From: Paramecium tetraurelia
Lineage: Eukaryota
Assembly: GCA_000165425.1 (NCBI GenBank)
Contig: CT868018.1
Location: 199,204 to 263,203 of the forward strand
Reading direction: 5' to 3'
Length of the DNA: 64,000 nt
Part shown: positions 56,900 to 64,000 of the stretch, piece after piece
How the letters are laid out: every line of letters begins with the position of its first letter
Position numbering within the stretch: the stretch's first letter is position 1
Translations under genes and position numbers: made by a program
The notes under the pieces: model-generated
The model's database searches: none
What the model was told of the DNA's origin: nothing
The model's input: the letters and a program-made list of their open reading frames with translations, nothing else

Positions 56900-57975
56900 A
56901 TTAATGATATTTTATCAAATAAATTGGTCTTTTAAATATGATATTGTTTATTGTTATGTTACAAAGAAATCATTTAGATATTGATTTTTCTTGTCTAACT
57001 GAGACCTTTTAGCAGATTGTCTTGACGAAAGTAATAGGCCAAAACTTTAAGCATACTAAATTTCTCTTTAACTTAATTACTTCATGATTTCATAAAATAT
57101 AGAATTATTGAAATATTAGTAATTATTATTTATATCATAATAAACCTAAACAGTAAATTTCCTCATTTATTTTATAAAAATCAATTTTAATATCTAACTA
57201 TTGCTTATTTTGATGGAGCTAAGACTTAATTTACTCGATTCTGAACCATAATGCTTTCTGTGAAATCATTTAATTTATGTTCGATTGGTCTTGCATAATA
57301 TCCTGTTTCTATCTAGTATTTTGTATTTCAGTAGGTTTACTTGAATCTTTTTTATATAATCCGCAATCTGCTCAATTTACTATAATAGAGAAAACAATTA
57401 CTTTTATTACTCTTCTATGATTTACTATTATTTTATCATTATTATTATTATAGCATTTATTACTATTATTTCAATTATTATAATTATTATTCGCCGAATT
57501 AATTATTATTCTCTTAAGTATAATCCTTCATCTGATTTTTTTCTAAAGGAATAGTATTGTTGAAAAATTGAAATATTATCAAATTAATATTTAATAAGTC
57601 AAGGTTAAAAAATCATTTTATGCAAGATTTGATTATTATTCTGATCCTGGTACTAATAGTTATATTAAAGGCTTTTATTACTACTAAATGATATTTTAAG
57701 AATCTTAGATAACTCAAGTCTTAAAGGAGAGAAGTTGCTGGTGCAATAAGTCAGATTTTTATCAAGATCTTATGAATTCTTAAATATGATAAAATATGTA
57801 TTACAATATCTCTTATTTCAAATCCATAGTGTAGATCTAATTGAAGCATATTTTTTTGTTAATTTTATTATATCATCCATATAGATTCTTAAAAACGTTC
57901 TTCTAATAATTGTTCATGAAATTAAGGAGGATTTAAATTTAATGAATTGCAATAAAAACTACTTTTTAGTGTCAT
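56900..57975 (-). pseudogene. Probable decayed gene of unknown family
   Basis: ATG at 57975, two canonical-looking introns (~57778-57803, ~57380-57401) and protein-like segments, but repeated TGA stops and frame switches. Confidence 0.5.
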
Positions 57976-58492
57976 TAATTCAACCATAGTTGTACCTTAA
58001 AGAATATATTTGATTTTGTAGGACACAAGATTTATATTTTTAAGTTTAATTTGTTCAGAAAATAAGAACTAATTAGGATGATGATAATAATGTACAGAAA
58101 TTTATCAATTAATTCCTCAATCTAACCCTCTCTACTAATTAAATTTGATTAATTAACAAATTACAAAACTGGAAGAAATTGTGAGAAGGATATATCGTAA
58201 CATTATTCTATTAAATTTTAATAACTGAATTCAGTAAAGTAGATTAAATAAACGATAATTTATGATATCAACATCTTATTTAACAAACTACATGTAAATT
58301 ATATGTATGAAACAAACGTCAAAAATAATTTTATTCTCTTCATTTTTATAGGGATAACCAATTTAATAATTTAGAGAAGATTTTCAAATATAGAAATAAA
58401 TAAATGGTTAAAAATGCTATCATTTTCACTTTATAAGCTCACCCTTGACCATCATACATCAAGAATAAATATTTATTATATAATTTTAACTA

Positions 58493-60397
58493 TCATAGCA
58501 ATCTAACCATTAATTATTCTAGTATTCCATATGAGAGGCCCTCTGATGATTTATCAGTCATTAATTCTGTGTGTGCGTATCTAGCAAAACCTCTATAATC
58601 CTTTAAGTATTCGATTGCTTTTTGAAGCAAGAGGTAATAATTGCTGAGTCCTTTTAAAATATATCCTGGCAATTAAATCTAAATTTAATTATTTATATAC
58701 TTCCTCTGCTATTGGAGAATCTAGATTAATATTTTAGAAATTTTATTATCTAAAGTAATTTTTTATTTCACTTAGGCTTTGTTTAATATACTATTATGTA
58801 ATCCGATAAAATGTTTCTGTCTCTGTAAAATCTTAGTTTAAAAGACATACAAAAGTTGTATCCTTTTATAATTCTTGAATATGATTATAGAAATACCTGA
58901 TTTAGAGCTGCATAGTTTTAACAATTTATCAAAATACTTTGTATATTTTTCATTATATTCAGTAATAGCTTAAGTAAATTTTTAATAAGAATCTGTTTTT
59001 TTGTAAGAAATAAAGTCTTCTAATTGTAAGCAATTTGGTTAATTATTTTCTTTATCAGTAATTTAATTGAGTTTTGTAATTTTAATTGCTATATTTTTAC
59101 CCATCAGAAATAGTAATTTATCTTTTACTTCCGTGCTAATTACTTTACATTAAAGTAGACTTGAAGAGAACTTATAGAGAAACCTACAAAAATTTACTTG
59201 AGTAAACAAAATATCATTATTAACTTTGCATTCCATTATTATTCCTATTGGTTTTATATCTTCAGCAGGTTATGTCTTTTATTTAATATAATGTTTTTGA
59301 ACTTATTATTAACTAGTAGACCTTTGCACATTCTATTATTATGTTTATAATGGTTATCTATTGTTCTCAACTTATGTAGGTTTCTGAGGTTATTAATTTT
59401 ATTATTGATGGTAGTTTTCTTTGTTTTCTCTATATCTGATCTCTTATTTACCCCCTTGACTAAGGGATCTTTTAACTCTTTGTTATTATTATTATTCGTT
59501 TGGAGGAGGAGTGATTGCTTATCTTTGTTATTACTAGCGAGGGTATTATTGTTATTAAGGTTAAGAAGGACTGATCTATTGCCTTAACAGTTAATGATTA
59601 GCCATATCGCGGACTCTCATTCTTCTACCATCATCAACAGTTAAACATTATCTGATAAAATCTTTAGCAGCAGATGAAATTTAAGGGTGAGATGGTAAAT
59701 GAAGAGGCTGATTCATTATATTAGAAATCAATGCTGCTTCTGATTAACCATTAAAAGGAGTTCTTCCAAATAGCATTTCATAAAATACTACTCCAACTGC
59801 CCATACATCTCCTTATTCAGTATGTCCCTACTATCTCAAAGCTTATGGACTCATATATAGAGGAGTTCCAACATTGAAATTCCTGCCTTACACTCTAGCC
59901 TCATGTACAGGAACAGCAAAACCGAAATCAGCTAACTTTGGTATTGAGTGATCAATTAAGATGTTGGCAGGCTTAATATCTCTGTGAATAAAACCTTTTT
60001 TATTCATTTCTATCAATGCTGAAACGACGCATTATAATATTCTTGTCGCTTCTTATTCATCTAATCTTCCTTTTTTACGAATGTAATTATTGAGATCTCC
60101 AGAGTCGCAATATTCTGTGATTATATAAGTGTTATTCTAGGTTTGAAAGACATCATGCAATTTCATTATATTTTTGTTATTAAATGAACGAAGAGCATTG
60201 ATTTCATTTTTTAATAATTAAGAGTGAATTGATTGTTTGATCATTTTCATATCAATCACCTTTACAGCCACTGGTTCTTGGGAAACATCGTCCTTTCCCT
60301 TATAAACTTTGCTGCTAAAACCTCTTCCGATTTCCTCATTTAGTATATAGCTGTAATGATCAATTTGTTTTCTTGTTATGTTTTATCTTCTATACAT
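58493..60397 (-). CDS. Ser/Thr protein kinase, ULK/ATG1-like ciliate family
   Basis: IGRGFSSKVYKG, VAVK, HRDIKPAN, DFGFA, GTPLYMSPQ and DVWAVG; C-terminal helical region; one intron near 58677-58701. Confidence 0.93.
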
Positions 60398-60628
60398 GTT
60401 AAAATTAACGATATTATTAAAAAATTAAAACACTCTTTCAACTGTTAAGGATATTAAAATTTTTGAAAACCATATTAATTAGATGCCTTTTATGTGAGTT
60501 GATTACATACATAATATGAATTTGGTTTTGATTTTAGGAAGAATATAAAAGCAATAAAATGCGAAATATGATATTTTAATTGATTATAAGCAAAAATAAG
60601 GAAGATATATATTTTGAAATTTATTTTA

Positions 60629-61764
60629 ATGTATTATCCTTAAGGCATACCTTAATATTTTCCTCGTTCAGTGTACCAACCTTAACACCTGCCATACCGA
60701 CCTTAATACTACCCTTATGTGCCACAATACTTTCCACAATAGTCAATATATGCCTCCTATAATGGATTTCAAATTCCCAGAACTAATGTTCCACCTGTTC
60801 ACCCTATGGCTAGTCAAGCAATTCAATCTCCAAATAAGAATTTTCAGAGTCCAACCAGAGGATTTGCCTCACCAACAAAAAATCATCTCATGCAATCTTA
60901 ATAATAACAGCCATAAAATAAAACAACTTAATAATAACAACTGTAATCACCTACAAGATCTGGGTATTTAACTTACGAATAAGTGATGGACAGAATTCAA
61001 AAAGCCAACACTTAATCGTAATCATTTTAGCCGTCGCAATGTAATAAATCTATCACTATTTTAGAATCGGCCCATTAGCCTTAAACTTAATAGAAATCGC
61101 AAAATGGTCAAATTCCTAAATCATAATAATAACAACCTAATTAACATTAAATTCACTTGTAATAGCCAAATCAACAGTAGACATAACAAAACAAAACCCC
61201 AAACAAATAAATATCTGAAAAAATAGAAGATTAACAAAGGCAACCAACACCACCAAAAGATGCAGAATTTGAGGCTGGAGATGGAGAACTAGAAGGTATC
61301 ATCCTTTTTTAAATTTTAAGAGTTGGCTTTATAATATGAAGACGGTTATATTTATAGAGGACAAGGTTTTCCTCCATAAACCAGAAGTGGATTCGGAATT
61401 TTAACAGATAGCGAAGGTCAAGAAGTATATGCTGGATATTGGAAAGACAATTTTTATGAGGGTGATGGAAAATTACGCAATTTGTAGGTTGAATAAATAA
61501 ATGGACCTTATGATTACACAAATATGACAAGTATTGGAAATGGCTGGGAATTTTATGAAGGTATTATTTGCTAATATTGTACTAGGTAAGTTTGAGGGTG
61601 GTAAAATGCATGGTGAAGGCACTTTAGTGTTATCAAATTAAGAAAAATACATTGGTTAATTTGATGATGGAATGATACATGGGGAAGGTGAATTTATAAC
61701 TAATAATGATAATGCAGTGAAAGCACAATGGAATTAAGGAATTTTAGAATAGTATATTGAATGA
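60629..61764 (+). CDS. MORN-repeat protein with P/Q/Y-rich N-terminus
   Basis: YIYRGQG, YAGYWKDNFYEGDG, YEGKFEGGKMHGEG and YIGQFDDGMIHGEG repeats; two introns. Confidence 0.92.
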
Positions 61765-61780
61765 TTTATTATTTTTTTCT

Positions 61781-62157
61781 TCATTCAAATCCAGTTAAAT
61801 TTTCTCCACTTAAAATATGAGCATGTAAATGGAACACTGTTTATCCTCCTTTCTATCCATCATTTATTATCACTCTATATCCTTCTAATTGTAGTTATTT
61901 CCCAACTCTATTCACTGCATACATCAAATTTCCTAATAGATTAATATGCTACTCAGAGGCATTTGATAATCTATCTAAATGCTCCTTAGGTATTACTAAA
62001 ACATGTACTTTTGCCTTAGGATTTATATCCTCAAAGGCTAAACACTTATTTATCAGACTATTCTTACATGTTTATCTTCGTATATAATTTTTGCAGGTAT
62101 CTGCCTTTTAATTATTTTTTCAAAAACTGTCGAGAACGAGTAATATATGGATTTCAT
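61781..62157 (-). CDS. HINT: Histidine triad nucleotide-binding protein (HINT family)
   Basis: TVFEKIIKRQIPAKIIYED, AFEDINPKAKVHVLVIPK and GGQTVFHLHAHIL (HIT motif); one 23-nt intron. Confidence 0.96.
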
Positions 62158-62820
62158 TATATTTGATTTGATTTTATATATATTAATAAATATCTACTTA
62201 TCCAATTCAAATAGCAAGCCTTATATTAATAACAATAAATAATTGATAATTTGCAACAATTTTAATAATATATATTAACTTAAAATCAGACTTCTGCTTT
62301 ATTTTTGATAGTAAATTAAAGTTTTCCTTCATTGAATATGTATTTTATTCTAATTGAAATTTTTATCTATTATTATGAATGCAACCAATTAAGAAAAAAG
62401 GGTAATAGATACTATTTAAGAAAATAAGACAACTTTTGGCGTAGATAAATATTCATAAAATGAGATTTAAGGTCATATTATCGATAATTTTACAACATTG
62501 AATTATAAATAGTGAAATAATTAATTAAATTTACTATTTTTAGGTTTATTAGAATGTACAAATATTTTCATTCAAACATTTAACCTATATTTTAATCTAC
62601 TATAATTGATGCTCTCAGATACCGAGTCATGTTGTGAATTCATAATTTTAGTTTAGAAATGAAGAATAGAACTGAAACATGATAATAATTTCTAGTAGGA
62701 TGAGAAATGCAGTTTATGATATATTAGACCTTAGATATAAATAGAGATTAGTACTAGATATAATTTATATTTGATAATACTCTGTTGTTCAATAATTAAA
62801 AATAAATTTATTAAGATTTA

Positions 62821-63869
62821 ATGAACAATCCTCGTCCATCATAACTTCCAGCCCAGAAGGCAACACCATCATAATTACCACCTACTTCTTAATAATAGGT
62901 TCCAGAAACATATTAGGCATAACCAAATTGGGTTCCTGCAAGCTCATAAATTCAGCCAGGAGTTTTGAGCTAACCAATTCCGCTTTAACAAACAGGATTA
63001 ATTTAAAATCCACAATATTTATAGTAGCCAGTTTATGCTTAATAACAATTGATATAATCAAGTGCGCCAGTTGTCACATAAGGAAATGTAATCATTAATA
63101 ATAATCAAATAGGCAATCAAGGGTGAATCTCGTATTGAATATATTCCTTATACAAAAGAAGTGACGGAGTATGTAACATAAGAGGTAGTCGAATATGTGC
63201 CAAGAGAGAGAAAAATTACTGACTATTATGCAGTGGAATATGTGACTGAACACATTCCTTAAGTAATCTAAGAAAAATACATTGGTATTTGATTATGTTT
63301 ATTATTTACGCAGAGTACGTGCCAGTAGAAACAATAAAAGAGAGAACAGAGTACCAAGCAGTGACAAAATAAAGCGTGGTATAAGCACCAATCGATTATT
63401 AATAAATCCAGAAAACTCAATAATATCAAGGTAAATAAATTTATTTATATTAATTTCAGTAGCTGCCCCAATTTAATACGCCTAAACCTATACACAACCA
63501 ATTCAATATGCTTAAACTACTGTATAACCTATTTAATATGCTTAAACAACTACCCAATTTGTACCAACTACTTAGAGCCAATATGTGTCAGCTCCTGTAA
63601 CAACTTCTTAATTTGTTTCATAACCTTATCCAACTACTACATATGGAGCTCCCATTACAAATTATGGTTAGTTGACTTAGAATACAGCTTATTTACCAGC
63701 AGCAACATATGCCCAACCTGGAATTGGGTAGGTGACAACAACTACACAGTAGTATTCAACTGGATGGCAATAAGTATATCCAGCATCAACAGGAAATTTT
63801 TAGCCTTAATTGCAATAGTAATAAGTAGGTCAACTTCAAATACAAGGATAGAGTCCTAAGTACGCATGA
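62821..63869 (+). CDS. EPI: Epiplasmin (membrane skeleton protein)
   Basis: Central SRIEYIPY..EVVEYVPRERKITDYYAVEY...IEYVPVETIKERTEY domain flanked by P/Q/Y-rich arms; two introns. Confidence 0.88.
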
Positions 63870-64000
63870 TGATATTATAAATAAGGAATTATTCAATTGT
63901 TACAATAATTATTCTTAAAGGTTATATTTTGTGTTATACAATCTAATTGCAAAGAATAAAAAACTAAAATAATAAACTCTTCCGCTTAACTGCATTAATA

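Overview
This is very AT-rich, gene-dense eukaryotic DNA from a ciliate macronuclear chromosome, almost certainly Paramecium and most likely P. tetraurelia. TAA/TAG read as Gln, TGA is the only stop, and genes are split by 20-33 nt GT..AG introns, so the supplied standard-code ORF track fragments nearly every gene. Re-reading by hand in translation table 6 gives about 27 apparently functional protein genes. Recognisable ones include phosphoglucomutase/parafusin (5' end outside the window), a PP4R1-like HEAT protein, an OXR1-like LysM+TLDc protein, an SLC38A9-like transporter, a cNMP-binding protein and two ULK-like kinases. Also present are an ABCA transporter, a GYG K+ channel, PheRS beta, a CDPK, a trichocyst matrix protein, a MORN protein, a HINT protein and an epiplasmin; the rest are coiled-coil or hypothetical genes. 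Several genes look decayed: a clear malate dehydrogenase pseudogene with damaged neighbours at ~6.1-9.8 kb, and another remnant at ~57 kb. I saw no rRNA/tRNA, CRISPR array, transposon, telomeric repeat or retained IES, and I cannot support a claim of a novel multi-gene system. The most unusual items are an ABCA lacking both large extracellular domains, the pseudogene cluster, a small twin-Cys His-tailed protein and a small SILK/RVxF protein. All coordinates and splice models were derived by eye and may be off by a few bases.
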